A DNA stretch of 56,460 nt, filler included, from Streblomastix strix (taxonomy: Eukaryota), in the NCBI GenBank assembly GCA_008636045.1. It is 3 parts of 3 records of this genome, joined end to end, with 100 filler letters (N's around TTAATTAATTAA, not from the genome) between each part and the next. Parts side by side here need not be neighbours in the genome. Positions count along the whole stretch, not along the records: positions 18,906 to 37,645 come from SNRW01000584.1; positions 37,746 to 56,460 come from SNRW01000585.1; 1 more part is not named here. The stretch is one strand, 5' to 3'. The first letter of the stretch is position 1; every line of letters begins with the position of its first letter. Position numbers and translations under genes: made by a program. The notes beneath the pieces are model-generated. The model did no database searches, was not told the origin of the DNA, and saw only the letters and a program-made list of their open reading frames with translations. Shown here one piece after another: positions 27,764 to 40,765 of this stretch.

Positions 27764-30700
27764 TCATTTTTTCATTCCTTTTATTTTCTCTTTATCTCCA
27801 ATTATTGATATTATTATTGGAAGTAATTCTTTGGATTTCGATTTAATTTCTTATTTTTTATCTGAATTCCAATATTATTCATCAACATATTCATCATCTG
27901 CTAATTATTCAACTTCATCTTTAATAACTAATGCAACTTTTAATTTGTTAATATTTGATCCATATTTAAGAATAGGAAGTGAGATATTAAGACATTCAAG
28001 AGTATATTTATCATCTGAGAATAATTTCAATTCAAATTAATTAGAAAGAATTGCATCATGGTTATCTTTAAATATTTAATATATTGGGAAAAAGAGTAAA
28101 ATAAATAAATAATAATAATAATAAAAAGTATACCAATACATTCAGAAAGAAGTGAAAGTTCATAATAATATGGAGGGTATTGTGATTTGATTTATTCAAT
28201 AACATCAACTCTGATTTCTGGTGGAAGAGGAAGAGCTTTGAATAAATAAGCAAATATTTATGCAATTTATCTATGAATATCTTCTCCTTTTTCATTTTTG
28301 AATATTTGAATTAATTTTGGAATTGTTCCATTTGATTAGTATTATTAATGAAATGGATGTTATTATTTTTCTTTTAATCCATTAATTTATAATTTGATAA
28401 AATTTAATATTGAATAAATATAATCTTCTCTAACATTAAAATCTTTAGAATCTTATATCTTTGTAACTAATTAAGAAATTAAATTTATATTATTTTTATC
28501 ATCAATTATTGATATTATTAATGGGAATAATTCTTTGGATTTCGATTTAATCTCAAATATTTTATCTTCATTCCAATCGTAATTCAAATTATTTCCCAAT
28601 TCGTCAACATATTCATCATTTGTTAATTTTTCAACTTTTTCTTTAATAACTAAAGCAACTTTAAATTTATTGATATTTGATCCATATTTAAGAATAGAAA
28701 GTGAGATATTAAGATATTCTAGTGTATAATATTCATTATAGAAGAGTTTCTTTTCAAATTCATTAGCAAGAATTGTATCGTGGTTGTCTTTAAATATAAA
28801 ATATATTGGGGAAAGAATAAAATAAATAATATATGCATTAATATAAATAATTTAAATAAATAATAATTTCTATACCAGGACATTCATCAAGAAGTGAAAG
28901 TTCATAATAATATGGAGGGTATTGTGATTTGAGTTTTTCAATAACATTATTCCTGATTTCTGGTGGAAGAGGAAGAGCTTTGAATAAATAAGAAAGTGTT
29001 TATGCAATATATAAAAGAATATTATATTCTTTTTCATCTTTGAACATTTGAATTAATTTTGGAATTGTTCCATCTGATTATAATTATTAATGTAATGGAT
29101 GTTATTATCTTTCTTTTAATCCATTAATTTAAAGTTTGATAATATTAAATATTATTTATGTTTTATATTTTCTAATATCTTGATCTTTCGAATATTATAT
29201 TTAAACTATTAATTAAGAAATTAAATTTATATTATTTTTATCATTAATTATTGATATTATTATTGGAAGTAATTCTTTGGATTTGTATATAATTTCTTAT
29301 TTTTTATCTGAATTCCAATAATTAGGATATCTATTTCCCAACCTATTAATATATTCATCATTTGTTAATTATTCAACTTTCTCTCTAATAACTGAAGCAA
29401 CACTTAATTTATTAATATTTGATCCATATTTAAGAATTGGAAATGTGAGATTAAGAAATTCAAGAATATAAGATTTATATTCGAAGAGTTTCATTTCAAA
29501 TTAATTAGCAAGAATTGCATCATGATTATCTTTATATTTATAGTAAGTTAAAATAAATATTAAAATATTAAATAATTTTATTAATAAATAAAAACATACC
29601 GGCACATTCAGCAAGAATTGAAAGTTCATCAAAATCTGGAGGTTTAATTTTGAGTTTTTCAATAACATTATTTCTGATTTCTGGTGGAAGAGGAAGAGAT
29701 TTGAATAAATAAGAAAGTGTTTATGCAATCAATCTAAGAATATCTTCATCTTTTTCATCTTTCAATATTTCAATTAATTTTGCAATTGTTCCATCTAATT
29801 ACAATCATTAATGAAATGGATGTTATTATCCTGATTTTAATCCATTAATGTATAATTTGATAAAATTTAATATTACTATGCATAAATATTATTTATGATC
29901 TTTATCGATCGAATCTTATATCTTTGTAACTAATTAAGAAATTAAATTTATATTATTTTTATCATTAATTATTGATATTATTAATGGAAGTAATTCTTTG
30001 GATTTGGATATAATGTATTATTATTTATTTGAATTCCAATCAACCAAAGATGTATTTCCCAATTTATCAACATATTCATCATTTGTTAATTATTCAACTT
30101 ATTCTTTAATAACTAATGCAGCTTTTAATTTATTAATATTTGATCCATAATTAAGAATAAGAAGTGAGATATCAAGATATTAAAGAGTATATTTATCATC
30201 TGAGAAGAGTTTCATTTCAAATTAATTAGCAAGAATTGCATCATGATTATCTTTATATATGTTATATATTGGAATAAGGAGTAAATTATAAATAAATAAT
30301 AAAAATTTAAATTAATATAAATATATTCAATAAGAAAAAGTATACCAGCACGTTCAGCTAGAAGTGAAAGCTCATTAAAATCAATAGATTTCCCAAATAA
30401 TTCTTATAATTTGAGTTATTCAATAACATCAACTCTGATTTCTGGTGGAAGAGGAAGAGCTTTGAATAAATAAGCAAATATTTATGCAATTTATCTATGA
30501 ATATCTTCTCCTTTTTCATTTTTGAATATTTGAATTAATTTTGGAATTGTTCCATTTGATTAGAATTATTAATAAAATGGATGTTATTATCCTAATTTTA
30601 ATCTATCTAATCCAGCTTTGATAAAATTTAATATCGTGCAAATTAAATCTTTTCTGAAATCTTTATCTTTAGAATCGTATATCTTTGTAACTAATTAAGA

Positions 30701-33700
30701 AATTAAATTTATATTATTTTTATCATTAATTATTGATATTATCATTTGAAGTAATTCTTTGGCTTTTGATTTAATTTATTATTTTTTATCTTCATTCCAA
30801 TTAAAATTCTATTTATTTCCCAATTTATCAACTTATTCATTATTTGTTAATTGTTCAACTTATTCTCTAATAACTAATGCAACTTTTAATTTATTGATAT
30901 TTGATCCATATTAAAGAATAGGAAATGTGAGATTAAGATATTCAAGAGAATATTTAAAATTATAGAATAATTTCAATTCAAATTAATTAGAAAGAATTGC
31001 ATCATGGTTATCTTTATATTTATAGTAAGTTAAAATAAATATTAAAATATTAAATAATTTTATTAATATAATCATAAATTTAATAATAAATAAAATATAC
31101 CAGGATATTCAGCAAGATATGAAATTTCATCATAATTAATTGATTTAGGATAATTATCATTTTTAAGTTATTCAATAACATTATTCCTGATTTCTGGTGG
31201 AAGAGGAAGAGCTTTGAATAAATAAGAAAGTGTTTATGCAATATATAAAAGAATATTATATTCTTTTTCATCTTTGAATATTTGAATCAATTATGGAATT
31301 GTTCCATCTGATTATAATTATTAATGTAATGGATGTTATTATTTTTCTTTTAATCCATCTATTCCTGCTTTTATTATTATTGATATTATTTCAATTGAAT
31401 TTTCTCTGACATTTTTATCTTTAGAATCTAATATTTTAGTCATTAATTAAATTATTCCCATTTCAAATAATTTCTCCTGATATTCATTTTGAATATATTC
31501 AGATAGATTTAATAAAGGTTTAAAATATCCGACTTTTATTTGTTGAATGAAAATTGAATTAAGAATATGAATATATTGTTCCAAGAAATTAGTTTATTCA
31601 AATATTGTTCTAATAACTTCAGAATTGTCTTTGATTAACAATTCAATAATTTCTCCAATAATAATTACTATTCCTTCTCCATCAATTTCTTATATTGATT
31701 TTTCAATTATTTCATTTATTCTTCTTATTAATCCTGCTTTAATCAATTCAATTAATCCTTCTTCACTTCTTCTTTCAACAACTCTTCTTATTTTTATTAA
31801 TTCATTCATTGTTTTTGGATCTGAATAAGAACTAATAAGTTATTTAATTTTATCTTAGTACCAATGACCTTTATTATCTTTTAATTTGTTGAGTGTTTCT
31901 TTCGATATTGAGTTTTTAATTAATTATTATGTTTATTAAGATCCAAGTGAGAAAAGATTAATAATAAGTAGAAGAGAATATTTGATTTTATCAGAAACAA
32001 TATCTTTACCATTTGACTCTTTCCTATAAAAATAAATAATATATTATAATATAAATAAAATAAAATTAATTGATTAGATAATTTTTTATTAACATTATCA
32101 TACTTCATATATCCAGCTGCTGTTTCAATTACATTTCCAGCAACAATTATTTCATGATTCTCTAAGAATGAATAAGAAAATAAGATTAAATAATAAAGAT
32201 TATTATAAAAAAATAACTTAATTTAAATAATAAAACAATAAATTAAGCGAAATTAATTAATTTTTAATAATATACCTTAATTAATAGTCAGATATAATAA
32301 AGATTCTAATGCTTAATTATTAATACCACATTTGTCATATTTTAATTAATCAATTAATTATTTTATTATTTATTATTAATAATTTTTAGTTTTGAATTTT
32401 ATTCCTTCATGATAAATAATATCAAGAAGTTTATAAGTATAATCCTTATTATCAATATCTTTTTTTTCCTTCATTAATATTTCTTCAATTATAATTTATG
32501 ATAATTATTATTATTATAACTAAGCTTAATATGGATGAGGAAGAGAAAGAAGTTATTATAAATTAGATTAAAATGAAGAAGAAGATTTTAATTATTTCCA
32601 TCCATTTCTGATGATGCTAATTAATGCCTAAAGAATATTAGATTTAATTTCTTAATTTTTATTTTTTATTATTGGAGAAAGAATTTGAATTATTCCCATT
32701 TCAAATATGATGTGAGTTTGTTCTGCATTTGCTTTTTCTGTTATTACTTTTATTATATAAATCGTATTTTCTTAAATCTGATCAATTGGAGTTCGTTTTA
32801 TTAAATCAATTAATTCAATAACAAGACTTGTTTATAATGTAAATTCAACATCTTCTTCACTTTGAATTGTTTTCAAATTTACTTTCAAAAAAATATTTTA
32901 TGGATTATAATTTATCAATTCATTTATATTTTATATTATTTATTTATTTATATTCTTTATTTCATAAGTTATTTTATTTAATTCTTATTATTCAATCGAT
33001 CTAACTGCACGAAGTGCATTTGAAAGTTAGATGAATAAATCTTAAGAAGATTATTTTACATCTTTTAGTTATTTTATTTATTATTACTATTATTTTAATT
33101 ATTCAATTGTGATTGTTTAGATTGGAGGAAGAATATGATATTGTTTTATTATTATTTCTTTTTCTTCTTATTTTCTTTTCATTTCATATTCTTTTGATTA
33201 ATAATCTTCTTATTATAATTTCACTTATTCATCTTTTGAATATTCATTTCTCAACATTTATTCTTCTTCTTCAATTTTTATTTAATCTTCAAATTATTAA
33301 AAAATTTTATTTTGCTTTTCAATTTTTCTCATTTATTATTATTCTTTATATTATTAAAAGTATCTATCTTTTTTCTCAATATCTCTCATCTATTCAGATT
33401 CTTAATGTTGTCGAATTCTTTGTTCTTATTCATCAATTTTTCTCATTTATTATTATTCTTAAGATAATCTATTTCCACTTTCTTATTCATCAACTTTTCT
33501 TATTTATTATTATTCTTAAGATTATCTATTTCCACTTTCTTATTCATCAATTTTTCTCATTTATTATTATTCTTTAAATAGTCTTATTCTTTGTTCATAT
33601 TAATCTATTTTTCTCATTTATTATTATTCTTAAAATTTACTAATTTATTTTTCTTGTCTTTATTATTATATTTTTCTTTTTAATTATAATTTTTATAATC

Positions 33701-36700
33701 CTTAAACTCTTCCTTTTAATTATAATATTAATTTCTCTTCTTCTTATTTCTTCATTTGATTATAAAATTCCATAAACTCTTTACGAAAACTAAGAATATC
33801 ATATCTGTTTTGTGGGAGTCTTTCTAAAATTGGTTCAACAAGATTTGACATTATGCGCAATTGTCCAAATATGTTCTGAATTAATAAACCAAGTGCAAAC
33901 ATATCAGAAGCAGATGTTGGACCTACAATTTATACCCCTTTTCTTTTCTTTACAAGAAGTTCTGGTGCTGTTGTTTCAGAATCCCATTATATATTTTCTT
34001 TATCTGGATGTTTTCCTAATTAATCTTTTTATCCTACATATCCAATCAATGCAGTAGATAATACCTTTTTATCTTAAGTAAATAAAATTGTGTTTGGTCG
34101 AAGATCAAAACCGATTATATTATTCTAATGTGCATATTGAATAGAATCAACAAGAGATTTTGTAATTTAAAGCTTTGATAAACTACTCAAAAGTAATCCT
34201 TATTATATCCCTGTTTCTAATGTTAAAGTACTAGATGTGAGAAATACCACATAACATCCATCTTATTAAGGACTGAATCCAATATATGCCAGATCTTGAG
34301 CACTCTATATTCCTAAATAACTTTTCATCTCTTCTATAAAATATTATCTAAGTATATTTATATTTTGTGGATGATGTCTTATAATCAATGCAAAGTTATC
34401 AGGACTTGGTTTTGCTGATATATGTTCTAGAATAATGTTTGAATCTTGGTCAAGATGAGCAATAACCACAAAGAAACGAGTATTTGGAAAGATGCTTGAA
34501 ATATTCAATGATGCAAAGAATTCAATGTTTGGAGTTGTAAGAACAGGTGCAAAATATTCAGTATTGAGTTCACCAGACTCATCAACATGTTCAATAAGTG
34601 TATCAATCACATGAGAAGTTTTGTAGTTGGATCTTCCTTTACATGGTTATAATTAGATTTATGGAATATATTAAAGAATTATTGGTTATTAGATTATTGA
34701 TTAAATCTATTCTGATGATGTATGTTCTGTTTGAGGTGATTGAGTCATTTAAATTTTTTTATCTGGTTAAATGAAGGAATGTTATTATGAAATAAATTAT
34801 TTTAATTATTTCTGTTTTGATTATGGAGCAATTGGAGAAATGAAACTTTAAATAGAAGGTATATTGAATTTAATTTGAAATGTTTTCATTTCTGATTCAG
34901 GATCTTTATTAACTAATTCTTTAGCATCTGAATAAGGAAATGTGAATGAAGCATCTAAATCGTATTGATTGATATTCTTATCTCCTTTCTATAATGCTTT
35001 TTAGGCAGCTTGTGCTATGCGTAAAGCATTCATTGAAATTTCTTCATCAGCTTTATCTCCAGTAAAGAATTCATGATTGAGTGCTTCAGCTGCAGAAATA
35101 CGATCTTTACTGTCAAATGAAAGCATTTTTGTAATTAAGTTCCATAATTGGTCATCTTAAATGGAGGCAGGTTTATCCAACTTCTTCGCAATCATAAACC
35201 TAAATTAATATAATCAAAGTAATTAAACATAAAATTAATATTAATAATTAAAAAAAATTAAATTTTTTTAAAAAAATAAATTAATTAATTAATAATATAT
35301 TATTCATAAGAGCAAACATAATAATTGATTACAATGTCAGAGATTCGAAAGGAAATTGATGTGAAGCAAGTTAATGCAATAGAATTCCAGCTGACCACAT
35401 ATCCACCTACAATAATAGTAAAATATTAATATTCATTGTTAAATTCATAGATAAAATAGTAAAATAATAAAAAAACAATAAAATAAAATAAAATAAAATT
35501 ATTATTAAAAAATAATTGTAAATATTTGTGCTCATACTTTTGAATCAGCTTTTATTTCTCCACCAACACTTCCCAATAGTTCAGGTGGCATATATGGAAC
35601 AGTCCTTTATTAGATAAATTGATTAATTAAAATAAAATAATATATTAAATTTAATGCAATTAAAGTTATTATTAAATAAATGTACCCAGCTACAGTCATA
35701 TGCGTTGATTGTTGAGCATTCTTCTGTACTTTGACAAGTCCAAAGTCAGTGATTTTGAGTTACTTTAAATAAATATATATAATAAAACATAACAATTGTT
35801 AATATTTAATATAAGAAAAATTGTAATATTATTTAATAAATTACAAATATTTTCATACAACACGTCCAGATCCAAGTGGATTGTGAAGCATAATGTTTTC
35901 TGCCTTTAAATCTCTATAAAGATAATAAATAAATATAATTATATGATTTTAATATTATTCTAATATGAAACCTATGAATTAATCCTTTCTCATGCATCAG
36001 ACTAAGACCTTCAACTGGATTAAATAATAATAAAAGAAATAACTTCAAATAAAATATATAAATAAAATATAAACGAAGTTATTTCATGATTACTCGAATA
36101 ACTGGAAGAGAAAGATCTATATTGGTCTCAATCAAATGTTAAAGATTCTAAAAATAAAATATAAAAATGTAATTTATAAGAAAAATAAAAGAAATATATT
36201 TTATCGGCATACGCCCATATTCGCGTATTCCATCAATATAATCGCATTATCGCCGTTCATATTTGCGGCATGATATTTCAGTACAAAAGGATTATTTCCT
36301 TCCCTGCTCAGAAAATAAAAATGAAAAATAAAAATAAAAATTTGTGAAAAAATGTTTAAACCTGCCAAGAGCGTGTCCAGTTTTCCATTCATCGTAATTA
36401 AAGTCGGATTCTCTCATAACCTTTGCAGCGGAAAGGCCAAGCTCTTTACTAAAAACAAGATAAACGCTGAGATAAACGAGAAAGATAAAAAAATTGAAAA
36501 GCGATTGCTGTATCATACTTTCCAAATCCTCCATGGCCTAATAAAAAGTAAAGAAAAGAGTATGAAAATCGCAAAAACAATCAATTATAAGCAAAATAAA
36601 ATACCTATATCCTGCAAAACCTGTTTTAATATAGGAAAATAAAACAACGTGTGAACGGATTGGTAAGAAGGTAAAGAGGATATTTAATATATTATTCTTA

Positions 36701-36753
36701 AAATAGCATACTTATAGGCCTTACTTTTACAGCAGTTATCGTTCGTATTCCAT
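27764..36753 (-). CDS. Large multidomain protein: Ser/Thr kinase + pseudokinase + coiled coil + ARM-like region with 5 tandem repeat units
   Basis: ATG 36753. Kinase 1: IGHGGFGNVY, AAKVM, MEYANMG, LIHRDLKAENIML, KITDFGL, GTVPYMPPE, VDMWSAG, DRISAAEALNHEFF. The frame continues into a second kinase-like fold (YAHQNNIIGFDLRPNTIL, TAPELL, SDMFALG), Q/E-rich repeats, then HP..QQL..DGTI.KLIQIF...LFKALPLPPEIR...LAE.PDNHDAIL units. TGA at 27764. Confidence 0.8.
27800..31400 (-). repeat. Five tandem ~720-760-bp exon+intron units encoding ARM/HEAT-like modules
   Basis: The marker CTGGTGGAAGAGGAAGAG recurs near 28218, 28960, 29681, 30442 and 31195. Each unit has an intron at the same position (P-G|GT...AG|AT-AAC-CAT). 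Confidence 0.9.
33426..33640 (-). repeat. 57-bp coding tandem repeat (19 aa, ESGNRQSQEQQQMRKIDEQ), ~4 copies
   Basis: TTATTCATCAA starts at 33426, 33483 and 33540. The repeat is in frame with the kinase gene. Confidence 0.85.
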
Positions 36754-36959
36754 CCGAAGAAGAGAGAAACGAGATGCAACTTTCTCTGATAAAAATTAAT
36801 AAAAATTATCTCTCAATGGAAAATAAAGGATATTCAAGATTGTGTTAATTATTTAATATATAATTATTTTATTGTTACTGAAAAAATTTATTATTTAAAT
36901 CTCTAAAAAAGCTTTGATGAGTGACTTATTGATAACTCATCCAACACAGATTTAATCTC

Positions 36960-37400
36960 AAAAAAAATGCTCAAAAATAATAGCGAAAGTGCTGGAAGCA
37001 TCGAAGCTGTTGCAATCACACACAAAGTCATATTAATTGATCCAGATTCACAAATGCCAGTCTTGTCTGTTGTCCTTGGATAACTATCCAAAGCTTCTTT
37101 ATCCACTTTGTCCAGATATGGACAGAGATCTTTTGGTGTGTCAATAGTCTTCTAACTACAATCAACCTGTAGGCAAATTGAACCTTTCTTTGGATAACTG
37201 GCTAATAAAGTTAAGTCAGTTGGATATGGGCAGATTGTATCTGGTGTTGAAACTTATGGATTATTGCAATCTACTGAGAAAATCACATATCCAGAATTAA
37301 TCTATGTTCAAGTAGCTCCATTGAATGTAAATGGTGCTTTATCTTCTAAGTAATATGTGGCTTTATATGGACTAAGCTATCCAACTAATGGATGTAAATA
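36960..37400 (-). pseudogene. Decayed paralog (C-terminal part) of the GPI-type surface protein family
   Basis: VDCNNPQVSTPDTICPYP...VDCSQKTIDTPKDLCPYLDKVDKEALDSYPR...GICESGSINMTLCVIATASMLPALSLLF parallels the C-terminus at 13570-13767. In-frame TGA at 37308; the expected terminal TGA is out of frame. Confidence 0.65.
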
Positions 37401-37645
37401 GATCCAAACCCAACATGTGGGTTTGGCCTAAACCATATACTACATTATCCTTAACACCTTTTATTGGATACAAGTGAAGTGTATGGGCCAGATCCCTTCG
37501 AAAAGTGGTGAAGGATGGCCCTAACCGGGCCTGAAGGTACTTAAAATTTACAGATAGACGAGCTGAACGTTTAACTTGGCGGACTACCCAAGGGGACGCC
37601 TGCAGTCGACAGTGGAGGGCAAAATGACTAAAACGCGCGTGCAAA

Positions 37646-37745
37646 NNNNNNNNNNNNNNNNNNNNNNNNNNNNNNNNNNNNNNNNNNNNTTAATTAATTA
37701 ANNNNNNNNNNNNNNNNNNNNNNNNNNNNNNNNNNNNNNNNNNNN
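37646..37745. other. Artificial contig-joining linker
   Basis: Identical in layout to 18806-18905. Confidence 0.97.
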
Positions 37746-38322
37746 AATAAATGCTCAAAATTTAATTATATGTTATACTTGTTGAGGACTGGGGTAAAAA
37801 TAATAAAAAATGCCAAAATTCCCAGACCGATCCTGAGAGCTACAGGCAATAAATCATGAAATGGTAAAAAGTCCCCTCTTATATTTTGATCTAGTTTATT
37901 ATTCCATATTTTTACTATATAATTCTTCTTACTTATGGAAATCAAGAGGTACCTGAATTGCCTGAAAATACTATAATCTACAGTGACCCTATTAAAACTA
38001 TTTAAGAAATAATTACTATTCTATTATTTTATAATTAATCATTGTAATAAATTATTTTAATATACATTGCCTATAATTTCGCTTTCATAAACAATCCTTG
38101 TCTTTACAAAACGCAGTTTATTTGAAACGTTTTTTATAATTGTCTATTTTCATTTCCATTTAACATTTTTTATTTAAAATTTAGGTTATAACCTATAACA
38201 GCATGTATGCATTCAATATATTTGATAGTACTATGAATTTACTTAGTTTATTAATAATAACCAACATAATTCATCATTGAATTACTTATATATTTAACTT
38301 TTTATAGACTTTTCTATCAAAA

Positions 38323-38950
38323 ATGAGAACTTCGGGGATTGTACTTTCATTTTTCCTTGCTTATATATGTTTTTCTGGGGTAGTTTTATCTCTTCTTATG
38401 CTCATCACACCTGCGGGCTAATTTTTTAATACTGAAATAACATAATAGTATATTCTTTTTAGTTATTCAATATTCCATTGTGATTTTTATTCATTTCATA
38501 CTATTAGAACGAATGTTTATCATCTTTTAATAAGTCTGATCCGCTTGGTTGGTGTTCTACTTGGCGGACATTCTGTTTTACTCTTTACCGTGACTCTGAC
38601 TTGTATTTCTCTTTATTTATTAATGTATTTATTGTTAATATGTATAAATTTATAACTATTCTTTGCATATTGGGAATGAAGCATCTCGAAATTCAAGTCT
38701 TATGATATTCCTCTGCACATTTGAAGCTCTATGTTGGACATGGACATATTTTATTGTAACTACCAATCCTCTATTGCATGGAATAATGCCTGTTCAATTC
38801 TTTTTGAGTATTGTTTTTTCATTTGTTGTAGCGATTGCTATATCATCTTGGAAGTTTATTACTCAAAAGCTTTCCAATAATTAGTAAATTAAAAGCTCAA
38901 GAGAGAAAGAAAAAAAATAGAAAGAGTACTTGCAACAAAAGGATGAGTGA
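38323..38950 (+). CDS. Multi-pass membrane protein, hypothetical (exon structure and start uncertain)
   Basis: Hydrophobic segments (GIVLSFFLAYICFSG, LMIFLCTFEALCWTWTYFIV, VQFFLSIVFSFVVAIAISSW) and a charged tail ending KDE-TGA 38950. Confidence 0.45.
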
Positions 38951-39113
38951 TCAAATGGACTTATAATACATTTCACAATAATTTCACATTGTTTCTTATT
39001 AATATTTTTCATGTGAATATATTCAAATAAAATTGTAATTATAGGTTTGATTTTGCTGAAGCAGATTTATATTTATTTCTTAAATAATAAAATATTTTGT
39101 TAAAAAGAGAATA

Positions 39114-40197
39114 TCAAAGAGCATTTGGTGCAAATTCCACACTTTGAATAGGATTTTTAAGTCGATCAAAATTTTTAACAACACAGTCATGCAAAGTTAA
39201 GTAAGCATCTCTGCAGTAAATTAATAAAAATAAAATATACATTTAGAGTAATATTTTAATATTATGCTATACCTTACATCATAAAGAATTGTCAAATTTC
39301 CAGAAAGTTCACGTTGATCTAAATCAATTATAGCTATTCTTATATCTTCATAGTAAGGATTTTTGAAGAACTGCAAAGTTTTCATTCAGTTTATTAATTA
39401 TCATAAAAAAATAAGTAAATTAAAAGAAACCTTTGTGAAAAGTCGACCTCTTTCCTCTGCATATGTCTAATAACAATCCAAAGCTCCTTGTGCATCTGAT
39501 TGAAGAAGAAAAATAAATTAATTCAATATATACAATTAAGCTCTTTTCATACATTCTTCATATTTAATAATACTATCGATCATCTCTTCCTATAAAGAAA
39601 AAATAAGAATTTATTTATTCAAAAAAGAAATCAAAAAAAAAAAAAACAAACCACAACCGCAGCATCAAAAGAATTACCCTCAGAAATAGCTGGTTTTTAT
39701 AACGCAAACCAGATTCTAAAAGTATAAAGATGATCAATGATTTCATTCAAGTGTTTATTAATCTCTTCGTCCATATCGCAAATAATCTAAACGAGAGAAT
39801 TAAAATCAGAAAATATAAAAAAGTCTTTCATACTTTATTTGAAGGAGCTGAGAGTCTTTCTGGATGATCAAGTATATCAATTGTAAATTTGAGAGCCTCT
39901 TTTGTTTCCTCTTTTGTTTAAAAAATGTAATAATAATTAAAAAAGAAATGAAAAAAGAATCAAGTAGAGAAAAATTCTGTTATGACAAACTACTTTCTCC
40001 TGAAAGATAGCAAATATTCATTTTAATTATATCATCAATTTCTTTTGCCTTTTAGGCAAATATACTTATTTTTGCTTGAGATTCCGTTTGCATTCTTATC
40101 TTGTTTCCAAAACAATTCTCTGCAAAAATATGTAAAAAAAATTCAATTGAAATAATTATAACATACCATCATCAGGAAAGCTATTGAAAAATGACAT
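39114..40197 (-). CDS. Proteasome activator PA28/REG family protein (PSME3-like), multi-exon
   Basis: IWFALQKPAISEGNSFDAAV..EEMID...YAEERGRLFTK|FFKNPYYEDIRIAIIDLDQRE...RDAYLTLHDCVVKNFDRLKNP matches PA28 MWIQLLIPRIEDGNNFGVSIQEE...RAKLVSKIAKYPHVEDYR...RNQYVTLHDMILKNIEKIKRP. Confidence 0.85.
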
Positions 40198-40765
40198 CTG
40201 TATCTATATTTCAAACAAAATAGATTATCAATTAATAGAAAATAATTGAAAATAGAACAAAAAAATCGATTTTGTTAAAAAATGAAAAACCAATAAATTC
40301 TTATCTTCTATAATTTTACATTATTAATCAGGAATAAAAAATAAATATTATAATATTATCTTCCCATTTTAACACTATAATTTGAATAATTATATTACCT
40401 AAACTTTTCAAAACCTTAATCTTCGTCTCTCGAATATAATTACGGTATGACCAACAAAATCTTACAAGATAATTCATATATATAACTTAACCATAAATAA
40501 CTGATCTCAAACCACTTTATATCTTGTTTTATGTTAAACAAATTTCTTTTCCAAATTTCTCGATAATTAAAATTCAAATGAATAACTTATTTATTATTCA
40601 ACAATAAATAATAATTTATAATTACTTTTTATCGAAAAATTTAATTTTCATAATCAAACAAATTCAAAATTTATTATCAAAGATAATATTTGAAAAACCA
40701 GGTTTCAGTGCATATCAAAAATTTTTTTAATAATGTTTTTAAAATATTTTGTTATACTATATTAG

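Noticed and set aside
37597..37611. Vector polylinker (CTGCAGTCGAC, PstI-SalI)
   Set aside because: Only about 11 nt match and the flanks do not continue as any cloning site I recognise.
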